Shown here: positions 18,923 through 29,432 of the stretch, one piece after another
Layout: every line of letters starts with the position of its first letter
Numbering within the stretch: position 1 is the first letter of the stretch
IMG/VR virus record: IMGVR_UViG_3300013137_000014
DNA: 64,000 nt
Strand: one strand, 5' to 3'
From: an uncultured virus (IMG/VR IMGVR_UViG_3300013137_000014)
Taxonomy: Duplodnaviria > Heunggongvirae > Uroviricota > Caudoviricetes
Made by a program: the position numbers and the translations under genes
Notes under the pieces: model-generated
Told to the model about the DNA's origin: nothing
What the model saw: only the letters and a program-made list of their open reading frames with translations
The model's database searches: none

Positions 18923-19240
18923 ATGAATGAAAAACAAATTTTAATTGATAAACTTTTAGAAGAAATGGTAGAAAAAAAAGAAGTTGAAATTACTGAAGAT
19001 GATATTAACAACTATCCTCTAGAGGAAATTGAAAAAGATATTGATTTAGAATTTGATGATGATGATTATTTTTCCGGAGAGGAAGATATTGAAAATAAAG
19101 AGGATGAATCTGAAGAGGAAGAAAAGAAACCGGAAGAACTAGAATATAATGAAGAAACTGATGAGAAAATTGCTAAAGTAGATAGTATTAAATCAGTGGC
19201 GAAATATATTGCCAATGTATTAAACAAGAAAGAAGAATAA
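18923..19240 (+). CDS. highly acidic hypothetical protein
   Basis: E/D-rich 105-aa ORF with GAGG RBS. Confidence 0.7.
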   Translation: MNEKQILIDKLLEEMVEKKEVEITEDDINNYPLEEIEKDIDLEFDDDDYFSGEEDIENKEDESEEEEKKPEELEYNEETDEKIAKVDSIKSVAKYIANVLNKKEE

Positions 19241-19244
19241 TTAA

Positions 19245-20036
19245 ATGTCCACAACAGCGGATATTTTATTAAAATCCATTATTGGAACTAAATTAACTCA
19301 GCAAGTAGAAGATTTAAAATACAAAACGGAAAATTTAAGCAATACTATGGAGGATACATCTACTTCTGTTAGTAATGCTTTATTAACTTTTACTACTACT
19401 CTAAATATAGAATATTATATTTCCCATTTTAAAGAGAATACAAATAATTTTGTTTTAAGATTAGATGAAAGTTATGCAGATAACAGTAATTTTTTAGATA
19501 GTTTATATAGTTTTTTTGAGGATTATTCAGATTTTCAAAATAATGAGGATTTATTAAATGCTTTAGATATTTCGGATTATACAGAGATTGCTAATATGAA
19601 ATGTTTGCCTTTTTCATTTATTAATTGGATGGGAGATACATTATTAAAAAGTCTGGTTGAAAGAATATATGATGAATATGAATATCCCGAATTCCTTCTA
19701 GGTACTAATTTATCAATTATATATTATAATGCACTGTCATTGGGAACTAAAAGTAATATTACAAATGCTCAAACCTTAATACAACAATTATTAACTATTG
19801 ATATAGATGCAGGTCAATATCTACAAGATATATATACAGCATTATATTCTATTTATATTGGAACAAATGGAGAAATAAATTATTCTAGATTCTCTAATTA
19901 TATGACATCTTTAGATATGGAACATATTAGACAAGTAGTTAAAACTTGTACAATTGTTTTAAAAAATAGTATGACTAATGTTAGTAAAGTTTATAAAGAT
20001 TACCAATTACCCTCCTTCATACAGTATATTTCATAA
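19245..20036 (+). CDS. hypothetical protein, possibly virion
   Basis: 263-aa ORF in a late-type transcription unit. Confidence 0.65.
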   Translation: MSTTADILLKSIIGTKLTQQVEDLKYKTENLSNTMEDTSTSVSNALLTFTTTLNIEYYISHFKENTNNFVLRLDESYADNSNFLDSLYSFFEDYSDFQNNEDLLNALDISDYTEIANMKCLPFSFINWMGDTLLKSLVERIYDEYEYPEFLLGTNLSIIYYNALSLGTKSNITNAQTLIQQLLTIDIDAGQYLQDIYTALYSIYIGTNGEINYSRFSNYMTSLDMEHIRQVVKTCTIVLKNSMTNVSKVYKDYQLPSFIQYIS

Positions 20037-20046
20037 AAAAAAAAAC

Positions 20047-20085
20047 GGATAGGTAGTGGCAATTATTGGGTGGAACTACCTATCC
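20047..20085. terminator. hairpin between convergent genes
   Basis: GGATAGGTAG...CTACCTATCC preceded by an A-tract (U-tract on the - strand). Confidence 0.65.
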
Positions 20086-20125
20086 AAGACTCGAATAACA
20101 TATTTTAATATATTATATAATAATA

Positions 20126-21016
20126 CTAGAGGCCATCAATAATATTTCTAATTTGATTTATTGCTTGTTTGTACCTATCAGATATTTTCACAGCCTCATT
20201 TAAATCTCCAAAGTGCATTTCTAAACATTTAACCAACAATGATTTGATTTTTTCTTCATCGGGTTTATATGGTAAATCACTTTTAGCGTATAACTCTTCT
20301 AAACTTTTTTCTTTTCCACTAAACCAATCTAGAATTTCTTGTAACTTCCATTCTCCTCTTCTTATGCTTAATAATTGTTGAGAGTTACGATCCAATGAAA
20401 TATCTTTTTCAATTAATATTTGTTCACATTCTAAAAGTAATCTTACACAATGCATGGCAAATTTAGTATCATAACCAAAACGATTTATGGTATCTAATCT
20501 TTTTTCACTAGTTCTAGTTTGAGATTGCATTTTCTTAATTTGACTATAGGAATATCCTTTAAATTTATGAAAACAACCCCTATGTAAAAACATTTTTCGA
20601 TTTTCTCTAACTAAATTTCCTATATGTGTACTATACAAAATACATCTATCCGGCACAAATAAAGAATCAATCATATTTGGATTATTTTCCATACATAGTT
20701 GAAAATATTTAACTATTGAAAATATGGAAAAATCATAAATTGTTTTTTTAGAATTATCTTCAACATGATGTTTTTGCCATTGTTCAAATCTTTTAATTTG
20801 ACTACCAAATCCTTGTATGTCTCCATGTAGATGAGGAAATATATGTTCTTTGTAAGGAATACAAAATCCATAGATATCATAATCAGAATTATCAAGATTA
20901 GCTCCGTAAGCAACACTACCCATTTGAACAAGATAATGAATATTATCTTCCATAAATTTAGGGTATTCTCCGGATTTTAAAATATTTTGACTAATGAATC
21001 TCTGTATGATATTCAA
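20126..21016 (-). CDS. Pol-beta superfamily nucleotidyltransferase (RlaP/YcgL-like)
   Basis: GSVAYG....SDYDIYG, NPNMIDSL, YDTKFAMHCVRLL. Confidence 0.85.
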   Translation of the reverse strand: MNIIQRFISQNILKSGEYPKFMEDNIHYLVQMGSVAYGANLDNSDYDIYGFCIPYKEHIFPHLHGDIQGFGSQIKRFEQWQKHHVEDNSKKTIYDFSIFSIVKYFQLCMENNPNMIDSLFVPDRCILYSTHIGNLVRENRKMFLHRGCFHKFKGYSYSQIKKMQSQTRTSEKRLDTINRFGYDTKFAMHCVRLLLECEQILIEKDISLDRNSQQLLSIRRGEWKLQEILDWFSGKEKSLEELYAKSDLPYKPDEEKIKSLLVKCLEMHFGDLNEAVKISDRYKQAINQIRNIIDGL

Positions 21017-21030
21017 CTTTTTTCTCCTAG

Positions 21031-21975
21031 TTAAATATTTAAAAGATTTTCATATATAAATTTTGGAATATTTTTTCTTATTACTTTTTTTAGATATTGA
21101 TTTTTAAGAAAATTAGAAATAGAACAACTAAAATTATTCATATACCCTGTAATTTTGTATTCTCCAAAAGTTTTTAGATAATGAATATTCCTCTTGAGAT
21201 TCCGCCTATTATAATTTAGAAATTTAAAATATATTAAATTAGGAATATATAAATCATTAATCTTAACAAATAGACACCTATCATCGCTATATTGAGTTAT
21301 ATATTTTTGAATGGAATCATTTAGGTTACGAAATCTATGTGTATGTGTTATATTTAAAGAGGAAGTTTGGGTATTTATATTATGCTGAATTAAAGGTTTT
21401 TCTAAAAGATGTCTATATTTTTTCGACTTTATAAAATTATTTATTTTAATTTCTTGTTCCAGACTTATTTTTAATTGATTATGTCGAAGATTTTCTAATA
21501 CTATTAAAAAGTTGTGAGGTATTATATATGTAATCTGAGTTATTTCAAAATATAGGTTGAGCATTAATAAAAAATCTAAGTTATCTACATAAAAAGTTTT
21601 ATCTTCTGCTTCTATTTTTATTAAAATATATTTTATTTTTTTATAGTAAGAAAAATATAATAGTAAAAATACAACAAGATTTTTCCATTTGAGTTTAAAT
21701 TTTATATCTGCCAATATAACTTTAGATTTAATTTCATTTTCTGTAATATAAATTATATTTAATTTATAAAAATAAGCCCCAGCATCTATAAACAGTAGAT
21801 CAGATAAAATTTTTATGGCATCTTCATCTATTTCCAAATTTTGAATATTTAAAAGATTAATTATATCTTTTGCATGGTTTCTTTTTAGTTCTGGAAATTT
21901 GTTTAACTCTGTAGCTTCTAGATCTTTTATATAATTGTCTACTAAATATAATTTATTTAAACCTTTTATTTTCAT
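21031..21975 (-). CDS. hypothetical protein
   Basis: 314-aa ORF with AAGGA RBS. Confidence 0.65.
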   Translation of the reverse strand: MKIKGLNKLYLVDNYIKDLEATELNKFPELKRNHAKDIINLLNIQNLEIDEDAIKILSDLLFIDAGAYFYKLNIIYITENEIKSKVILADIKFKLKWKNLVVFLLLYFSYYKKIKYILIKIEAEDKTFYVDNLDFLLMLNLYFEITQITYIIPHNFLIVLENLRHNQLKISLEQEIKINNFIKSKKYRHLLEKPLIQHNINTQTSSLNITHTHRFRNLNDSIQKYITQYSDDRCLFVKINDLYIPNLIYFKFLNYNRRNLKRNIHYLKTFGEYKITGYMNNFSCSISNFLKNQYLKKVIRKNIPKFIYENLLNI

Positions 21976-22022
21976 TTTTAATTCCTTTATATTTGTGGAT
22001 AAATTTTAAAAAGAGGTAATTT

Positions 22023-22289
22023 ATGCCTAGAAATCAAGCTCGATTAGGAGATACAACTAATCATGGTGGGGTTATAATTACTTCAGCTAAATATACCACA
22101 TGTAATGGTATACTGGTTGCGAGAAAAGGAGATTTGCATGCTTGTCCAATTCCCGGTCATGGCATAACACAAATAGTAACTGGTAGTCCAGATACTTTTA
22201 CAGAAGGAAGAGCAAATGCTAGAATTGGTGATAAAACGGGTTGTGGCGCCTCTATTTCTAAAGCATCCAATAATACAGATTGTAATTAA
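22023..22289 (+). CDS. PAAR spike-tip protein
   Basis: ARLGD.T.HGG, VARKGD.H.CP..GHG, ARIGD.TGCGA. Confidence 0.93.
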   Translation: MPRNQARLGDTTNHGGVIITSAKYTTCNGILVARKGDLHACPIPGHGITQIVTGSPDTFTEGRANARIGDKTGCGASISKASNNTDCN

Positions 22290-22302
22290 TTAAGGTTTAA
22301 AA

Positions 22303-23160
22303 ATGGTAAAACAACATTTGGCTGAATTGGATTATTATTTTCGTATATATTGGGAAAATAATAAAATTATTCAACATTGTAATATAAATCTTCCTGAAGT
22401 TGAATCTGATACAAATGAGATACCAGAAACTTCTATTTTTGCTTTGATGTTTAATAATAATTATTATTTTGATGAATATGTTTATAATTTTACTGATATT
22501 GGAGTAAAATATACTAGATGGTCAATTCCAATTAGAGAAAGATTATTTTGTAACTACGGTCACATTACTAGTTTTATTTCTGATAGTACAGGCAATCAGC
22601 AAATTATTTTTATTTCTGATGAACTGGAAAATTTATTTAATAAATTATTAGATTTTCGATTGACAGGTTATGCAGATTTATCTGAAATAATTTATGATGA
22701 ACTAGAATATACACTTTCTAAACTAATTTATATTTATTTAGATGGTATGATTAATGATGAATATAATCATTTATATGATGGCATCATTAGTGAAGATACA
22801 GATGTTGTAGGAAATTTATATGAAATATATGTAGTTAATGAATTATATAATAGAATAAATATTAGTGAGGAATTAATTGGAAGAAAAGATATTCAACTAC
22901 GGCCAGGAAGAACTCGGATATCTGTAACATCTGATATTTTAACATCTAAATATTTTGAAACTAATGATTTACCATATACCCTGGATTATTTTTATTTGTT
23001 TAGAAATGGTGATTTATTGAATTCAGATTATTATTCTGTATCTGATTCAACTGCTTCCGCTATCGTTGATTGGGCTGGATATTCTTTAAGTTCTGTTTTG
23101 CAATTAAATGATATTTTAATTGCAGATTATTATGTTGAAATTGAGGTTTTAAATGAGTAA
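22303..23160 (+). CDS. putative virion structural protein
   Basis: Operon with PAAR; C-terminal LFRNG..L...YY beta-rich motif. Confidence 0.55.
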   Translation: MVKQHLAELDYYFRIYWENNKIIQHCNINLPEVESDTNEIPETSIFALMFNNNYYFDEYVYNFTDIGVKYTRWSIPIRERLFCNYGHITSFISDSTGNQQIIFISDELENLFNKLLDFRLTGYADLSEIIYDELEYTLSKLIYIYLDGMINDEYNHLYDGIISEDTDVVGNLYEIYVVNELYNRINISEELIGRKDIQLRPGRTRISVTSDILTSKYFETNDLPYTLDYFYLFRNGDLLNSDYYSVSDSTASAIVDWAGYSLSSVLQLNDILIADYYVEIEVLNE

Positions 23161-25054
23161 TTTAAATGTTGATTATGTAAAGACCTTATATATGGATTTC
23201 AATAATCCTAGACTTACTCTTTTTTTTAAACTTTTTGATTTTTTTAGATTAGTGGATGGTCTAGAAGAATCAGCTTCTTCATATATAAAATCTTTAGCGG
23301 AAGACAAATTTCAGTTTGAACCTTCTTTTTATATTTCAGCTCTATCAGAAAAGAAAATTGCAGAAAGGTTTTTTGAAAAAGTAATTAGTCAAAAAACTTT
23401 TGACAACAATTCAGGAGGGATATTATTATCGCTTTTATCAAATTGGTATGCTGCGCATAGAGTTCTTGCATCCAATATGAAGAAGGGTGTTGATCCTTTC
23501 TTCTTAACTAATGATGAACTAGATTTGTTAATACAAAGTTTTGGTTTTCCTTATTCTCCTAAAATAATTTCAAGAAGATTAAAAGTTTCTTTCTTATATA
23601 GTTTAATCGAATTTTATCACAAAAAAGGATCCCCTCATGTTTTTGGAGAAGTATTAAAACATTTTGGATTAAATAATACAATTATATCAGAATGGTGGTT
23701 ATACAAAAGTGAGAATACTGGAGAATTTTATTATCAGTCAATTCCTGTATATCCCAGAATATACAGAAAAGAAACAGAATTTATAGAAACTAAAACTTTT
23801 GATGATTTTAATAATGATATACATTGGTATCAAACCAAAGAAATTTTAGCAAATAGTTATGCAAATACGAATATCACATTACCTTCCATCACTCCTTACA
23901 TAAGTATAAGAGCATCATTTGATATTTTAAAACTAAGGAAAGGAATGGCAATACTACAACAATTAATTCAAGAATCTTATACGTTTTGGATTGAATATGT
24001 TTTATCATATAAAGGATCTGTTAAAGGAATGGTATCAGATCCTGATTTAGATATTTTAGAATCAGGAGAATTATATATAATTAGTAACTCGCCTTCTGGA
24101 ATTTTTTATAACCATCCAAATAGTTATGTTACTAAAACAACCAGATATATTTATTATTCATCTACTATAAATGATGTAGTTTATAATCAAGAAACCAAAA
24201 CTCATCATGTTTTTAATGGTACAAAATGGGTTGATTTAAATATAATTTTACCATCTAATTTATTAAATAATTTGAAAAATGGGAGATTAAATAAGCCAAT
24301 ATATTTAACTAGTTTTCAAGAAAAATACTCCGTATTAGAAACTATTCTCGCATTAATTTATTTATTTAATTCTAGTAATGATACTACAGATAAGAGATTT
24401 TGCATATATCATGGAAAGTATAGTCCATTTGATTTAGAAATAAATGGAATTAGGGATAATATAATTGATGATCCGAATATTTTCTTCAAAGTGTATGAGG
24501 AATGGGATAGTTATACGCAAAGACCCTGGTATAGAGAAAATAAAGATCCGGATTATGATTATATATATACTAATTTTCAATCAGAAATAAATAAAACAGA
24601 TACAGATAAATGTTTAGTTACATATTATAATCCAGCAATATTTATTCAGGCAATGAATGCTAATTTGAGAGATGAATTAGACGATTATATTATTAACGGA
24701 AATAGAGATGATGTATTTAATACACTTATTTTAGATTTAGAATCTTATTTGTTAGATATTGCAAAAATTATTGATGTTCCTTTCGTATTTTTATTTACAG
24801 GATTTGATATTTATAATACTTATAAAAAAGTGATTGATTTCTTTAAACCATATCGCGCTCGTATATATTCATTTACTGCGGCTTTATCAATTGGTGATAA
24901 ATTGAATGATTCTTGTTTAATTAGAGAAGATAACATTAAGGAATATAAAGTATGGTTTGGAGATCAATGTAGAACTAATGCTTATAGTAGATTATACTAT
25001 GATTCATCCAATGTTTTAGATTCGGTAATAGTAAGAACGGAAAGCGTTCTTTAG
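23153..25054 (+). CDS. putative baseplate wedge protein
   Basis: LDLLIQSFG..FYHKKGS..ISEWW and IDFFKPYRA resemble gp7/GpI-type wedge proteins. Confidence 0.55.
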   Translation: MSNLNVDYVKTLYMDFNNPRLTLFFKLFDFFRLVDGLEESASSYIKSLAEDKFQFEPSFYISALSEKKIAERFFEKVISQKTFDNNSGGILLSLLSNWYAAHRVLASNMKKGVDPFFLTNDELDLLIQSFGFPYSPKIISRRLKVSFLYSLIEFYHKKGSPHVFGEVLKHFGLNNTIISEWWLYKSENTGEFYYQSIPVYPRIYRKETEFIETKTFDDFNNDIHWYQTKEILANSYANTNITLPSITPYISIRASFDILKLRKGMAILQQLIQESYTFWIEYVLSYKGSVKGMVSDPDLDILESGELYIISNSPSGIFYNHPNSYVTKTTRYIYYSSTINDVVYNQETKTHHVFNGTKWVDLNIILPSNLLNNLKNGRLNKPIYLTSFQEKYSVLETILALIYLFNSSNDTTDKRFCIYHGKYSPFDLEINGIRDNIIDDPNIFFKVYEEWDSYTQRPWYRENKDPDYDYIYTNFQSEINKTDTDKCLVTYYNPAIFIQAMNANLRDELDDYIINGNRDDVFNTLILDLESYLLDIAKIIDVPFVFLFTGFDIYNTYKKVIDFFKPYRARIYSFTAALSIGDKLNDSCLIREDNIKEYKVWFGDQCRTNAYSRLYYDSSNVLDSVIVRTESVL

Positions 25055-25079
25055 AAAAAATTAAAAAGAGGTTAATGAA

Positions 25080-25781
25080 ATGGAAATTAGATTACCTTTT
25101 AAAGATAAAACAGATGTAAATGATTCTGAAAAAGTCCAATATAATTCTGTAAAAGGTCGAGTTCGTATATATGAACATAAAATAAAAAATAGTGACAAAA
25201 AACTTTACCTTTTAAGGGATACTACTAATTTAGTTGTGTTTAGAGGGAGAAATTGGTTAGTTCAAAGAGCATTTAACACCAATATGAGTAGTACTACTAT
25301 CGATATGAAATCATTGTATCCTTGTTGGTTAGCGATTGGTACAGGAGCGACTATTGCGGGTAATCCAACTGCTGTGTCTTCCCCTGATTTAACCAATACA
25401 GAATTATCTGCTCATGGTGTAATTGATTCTGGTATCCGTTATGTTACGGTAGATGATAAGCAATATCATTTATTTGATAATGGTTATCCAACAATCATTG
25501 AGGATACAGAAGTTTCTGCAGTTGGATTAACTACATTAAATGATCGAAAATTAATTGCCAAAACAATTACCACATTCGAGGCAAATGAAGCAAATAATGA
25601 TGGGGGTATTTCTGATTCCTCATCTTATCAAGAAATAAGTGAGGCAGGAGTATTTGTTTCCGACAGTGATGATATATATCCTGTACCCACAATTATGAGG
25701 TTATTTGCAAGAGTTACTTTTCCGACAGTTGTAAAGAACAATTCAGTGAGATTAATTATTGAATGGGAATTTTACTTTTAA
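25080..25781 (+). CDS. baseplate/tail-fibre attachment protein
   Basis: NLVV..GR, LAIGTG, ISEAGVF, LFARVTFP.VVK, IEWEFYF. Confidence 0.65.
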   Translation: MEIRLPFKDKTDVNDSEKVQYNSVKGRVRIYEHKIKNSDKKLYLLRDTTNLVVFRGRNWLVQRAFNTNMSSTTIDMKSLYPCWLAIGTGATIAGNPTAVSSPDLTNTELSAHGVIDSGIRYVTVDDKQYHLFDNGYPTIIEDTEVSAVGLTTLNDRKLIAKTITTFEANEANNDGGISDSSSYQEISEAGVFVSDSDDIYPVPTIMRLFARVTFPTVVKNNSVRLIIEWEFYF

Positions 25782-25839
25782 GAAAAAAATGAGGAGTTCA
25801 TTAGCTCCTCACATAAAGGCACAGTAACAGAGTATTCGC

Positions 25840-26493
25840 TTAAGCCGTTTTCTTTTTTTGGAGATGAATAGTTTTATCCATCTCCTTCTCGTTTACTGCC
25901 AGAAAGGATTTTTCTAGCGTCAGGTGTTCGTGTTTAAGATGTAACTCCTTATCGGGAGTTACATCCCCACCGACTACAAGCCTCATATCCCGTCCCACTT
26001 TTATATGGTAGGAGGGGGCTTCCCCATCATTCCACTCCATAAGAACTTCTCCCGAGGCATAGCAGGCTAAAACCATCTGCATTTCCTTCAGATGCGGAAT
26101 ACTGGAACTCGAGGATTCGAAAACATCACAGGCTAGAACATGGGCCTTGTCTCCGTAGATTTTGAACGGCAACACGTTGATGTTCTCCTTCTCTGGAAAA
26201 GGAATTTTTACCAGGAGAAGCATTCCCGGTCGATCATATTCCGATTTTACAACATGAGTAAGATATGGCCTTCCATGTTTCCTTGACCACTGGTAAAGGG
26301 CGTCAGTAATAAAAAACATACCATTCTTGCTTTTTACCATCTTCTCCGAATCGAATGCACCCACTTGTATGAAAGTGGGATCCGCTGGATATCCAATACT
26401 TATCTGGTGTGGTCTCCACCCGGATTTGGGGGTTACTTGAATTCGATCTTCAATGAGGTTTTCTTTTGAAAAGTTAATAGTTATACATTTCAT
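25840..26493 (-). CDS. hypothetical protein, visibly higher GC than its neighbours
   Basis: AGGAG RBS and its own ATTATATATATTAAA motif upstream. Confidence 0.75.
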   Translation of the reverse strand: MKCITINFSKENLIEDRIQVTPKSGWRPHQISIGYPADPTFIQVGAFDSEKMVKSKNGMFFITDALYQWSRKHGRPYLTHVVKSEYDRPGMLLLVKIPFPEKENINVLPFKIYGDKAHVLACDVFESSSSSIPHLKEMQMVLACYASGEVLMEWNDGEAPSYHIKVGRDMRLVVGGDVTPDKELHLKHEHLTLEKSFLAVNEKEMDKTIHLQKKKTA

Positions 26494-26666
26494 GCTATAT
26501 CTCCTTTGAAAATAAAAATTAAGGTTTCAAAAAAGAAACCTCTTAACATTCTCATGTCAATATTTAATATATATAATAGAACTTCTAAAACTCTGCAAAA
26601 TTCGACAGGACAAACTGTTAAATAAATTAGAGAATTCCTATTTCTAAGTTTTAGGAGGAATAAAAA

Positions 26667-28472
26667 ATGGCAACTTATGTTAGTCCTGGTGTATATACTA
26701 AAATAGTTGATCTTTCAGAATATGTTAGAAATGTTCCATCAACTATTGGATTTATACCCATAATTTCAGAAAGAGGTCCAGATAACCAATTAATTTTTAC
26801 CAACTCTAGAGATTTCTATTTGGATTTTGGAGAGCCAAATATTAATTATGTAGGAAGAGACTGGGGAAGCGGTCCTTATGTGGCATCTTCATTTTTAACG
26901 CAATCTGATTCTTTATATGTGGTTAGAGTTTTACCAGATGATGCTTATTTTGCTAATATGTTTTTAGTAGTAGAAGATACTGGTAGTTTAGGTCTTGATT
27001 CAACTGCTGATGTTACTATAAGTTATAAAGGAGATTTAGATGATATAGCAGCTATTAATGCTGTAGTTGGAACAAGTGATGACAGCACTTCATATGCTTT
27101 AGCTTTTTATGGTATTGGTAGAGGAGCTTTTTACAATGATTTTAAAATTACATTAGAACAATCTCATAATGAGTTTGATAGAGATGAAAAGCATGTATAT
27201 TATTGGAATCTTTGGCAAAAGCAATCAACTAGAGAAGGAGGTGTTGGCGGAGCATATGAGTATCAAGTAATTGAGAGTCTAGAAGTTTCTTTAGATCCAG
27301 ATGCTTTAGATAATGGTGGTAGTTCCCTATGGTTGGAGGATTTAATTAATAATAATTCTAGATATGTTAGATGTATTGCTTCAAAAGAAGTTTGTAGAAC
27401 AGCCGTTTCCAATTCGGCCGATTTTTCTCAACCATTTTATGCTTGGGATTCTGAAGCAGAATGGAGTGCAACAGGTGGAGATGCTGGTACAGGTGGTTAT
27501 ATAGGTGGTTTAGTACTAACAGCGCAACCATTAGAAGACGGTGATGATGGTGAATTATTTAATCCTGATTTAAATAATAACGTTGATCCTACAGTTGCTG
27601 AAGAATTGATAGTTCGTTGTTATAATGGTACTTTACATTCTCAAGAAGATCAAGATAATTATGTGGATGAAATAGCTGATAAAGAAAAGATTTATTATTC
27701 TTTAGTTTTTGATGGTGGTTATCAAACAAAGAATGTAAAAACAGCAATTCTAAATCTTTGTATTCGAAGAGGAGATTGTGTTGGTATTATTGATAATGGA
27801 GACAACAGTACTCCTCAAGCAGCTATTAATCGAAGAAATAGTTCTACAACTGGTGATTATACTTATGGTATTAATAATAAAGCTGTAGCTATATATGAGG
27901 GTTATAGTAAAGTTTATGATCAATTTACAAATTCCTATATTTGGATGTCCCCATGTTATCATATGGCAAGAGTTATTCCTTATAGTGACAATGTAACGGA
28001 TATTTGGTTTGCCCCGGCTGGATTTAATCGTGCGGTCATTGCTGGAATTGCTTCATTGAGGTATAGTCCTAATTTGGCTGATAGGGACCGATTTTATTTG
28101 TTACAACTGAATCCCATAGTTAGGTTTAGTGATGTTGGTGATGTTGTATTTGGCCAGTTAACTTCTCAAGCTAGGCCAACTGCTTTACAAAATTTACCCG
28201 TAATTAGAACTGTGCTTTATATTCAACGAGCTTTAGAGCAATTTGTTAAATATTATATTTTTGAACAAAACGATGCAGATACTTGGGGAGCTATTTCAAC
28301 TCAGGTAAATTATTTCTTAAATGTAATGAAAACTAAACGGGCTTTATCTTCGTTCTCGGTCGAAGTTGGTTCTACTGAATATGAAATTAAGGCAAAGATA
28401 GTTCATATTAATGTAACATTGGTTCCTGTTACAGCTATTGAACAAATTCACTTAACGTTCTTCATTAAGTAA
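26667..28472 (+). CDS. tail sheath protein
   Basis: YVSPGVYTKIVDLS, WFAPAGFNRA, LNPIV, YIFEQND..TW. Confidence 0.95.
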   Translation: MATYVSPGVYTKIVDLSEYVRNVPSTIGFIPIISERGPDNQLIFTNSRDFYLDFGEPNINYVGRDWGSGPYVASSFLTQSDSLYVVRVLPDDAYFANMFLVVEDTGSLGLDSTADVTISYKGDLDDIAAINAVVGTSDDSTSYALAFYGIGRGAFYNDFKITLEQSHNEFDRDEKHVYYWNLWQKQSTREGGVGGAYEYQVIESLEVSLDPDALDNGGSSLWLEDLINNNSRYVRCIASKEVCRTAVSNSADFSQPFYAWDSEAEWSATGGDAGTGGYIGGLVLTAQPLEDGDDGELFNPDLNNNVDPTVAEELIVRCYNGTLHSQEDQDNYVDEIADKEKIYYSLVFDGGYQTKNVKTAILNLCIRRGDCVGIIDNGDNSTPQAAINRRNSSTTGDYTYGINNKAVAIYEGYSKVYDQFTNSYIWMSPCYHMARVIPYSDNVTDIWFAPAGFNRAVIAGIASLRYSPNLADRDRFYLLQLNPIVRFSDVGDVVFGQLTSQARPTALQNLPVIRTVLYIQRALEQFVKYYIFEQNDADTWGAISTQVNYFLNVMKTKRALSSFSVEVGSTEYEIKAKIVHINVTLVPVTAIEQIHLTFFIK

Positions 28473-28620
28473 TTGAAAGTGAAAATCCAGGGGGATATTT
28501 ATTTATCTCCCTGGATGTTTTAAAAGATAATTATTTTTGGATAATTATCTTTTAAAATATTTTTGAGGAAATGGATAAATTTAAAAATTAGAATTTTATT
28601 TATTTCAAGGAGAAAAAATT

Positions 28621-29349
28621 ATGGCTTCTTATACTGATAGTTTTATGCATATAGCAAATGGAGCTAATAAATTTACACGAAGATGGGGATCCTCCAAGGA
28701 GAGCACAGATGCAGTTGATCCATATATAACTGGATATCATTTTATAAATTTTAAAGAATTTCCTACATTAGGAAGTCGCATGCTTTCTACAGGACCAAAG
28801 CAAACTGGTCAGCTTCAGCGTACTCTAGAATCTGTTTGTACTTCCGTGACTATTCCTGGAGCAACATTAAATAATGCGGAGTTTACCGGTTTAGGTGGTA
28901 CTAAATTTACTTATCCCACTAATGCTGACTGGGATAATACAGTTAGTCTAAGATTTACAGAATGGTCGGGTGCTGTAGTACATAATATTATACATGCATG
29001 GATAAAAATGATTTGTGATACTAGATATGGTATTAATACCTCCAGTTTGTTGGAGGGAACAACCAAGAAAGATTTTGTAGCTGCTATGTGGTATTGGACT
29101 ACAAAACCTGATGGATATAATGTAGATTTCCACTCTTTGATTACAGGAATGTATCCAACTAAAGATCCGACGGATCAATTTGGGCATGATTTAGCAACTG
29201 TTGATAAATTAGAATTAGATATTGATTTTAAATGCGATGTTATTTGGCAAGAAGAGTTTACTTACGTGGCATGCAAAAAGAAGGCTCAAGAATATCATGA
29301 TGGCGGTAGAAAAACATTCGATACTTATCCTCATTTAACTGGTGCTTAA
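28621..29349 (+). CDS. tail tube protein
   Basis: Follows the sheath gene; SVTIPG, F.E....V......W, YWTTKPDG, GMYPT. Confidence 0.8.
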   Translation: MASYTDSFMHIANGANKFTRRWGSSKESTDAVDPYITGYHFINFKEFPTLGSRMLSTGPKQTGQLQRTLESVCTSVTIPGATLNNAEFTGLGGTKFTYPTNADWDNTVSLRFTEWSGAVVHNIIHAWIKMICDTRYGINTSSLLEGTTKKDFVAAMWYWTTKPDGYNVDFHSLITGMYPTKDPTDQFGHDLATVDKLELDIDFKCDVIWQEEFTYVACKKKAQEYHDGGRKTFDTYPHLTGA

Positions 29350-29432
29350 TAATTAATAGATTGGTACCTGTATTAATTGGATATATTTTAATACAGGTAC
29401 CAAATTTCATCTAAACTAGAAAGGTTTAAAAA

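Noticed and set aside
22023..22289. Bacterial T6SS or eCIS locus
   Set aside because: Capsid, terminase and tRNA genes in the same window show that this is a phage tail module.
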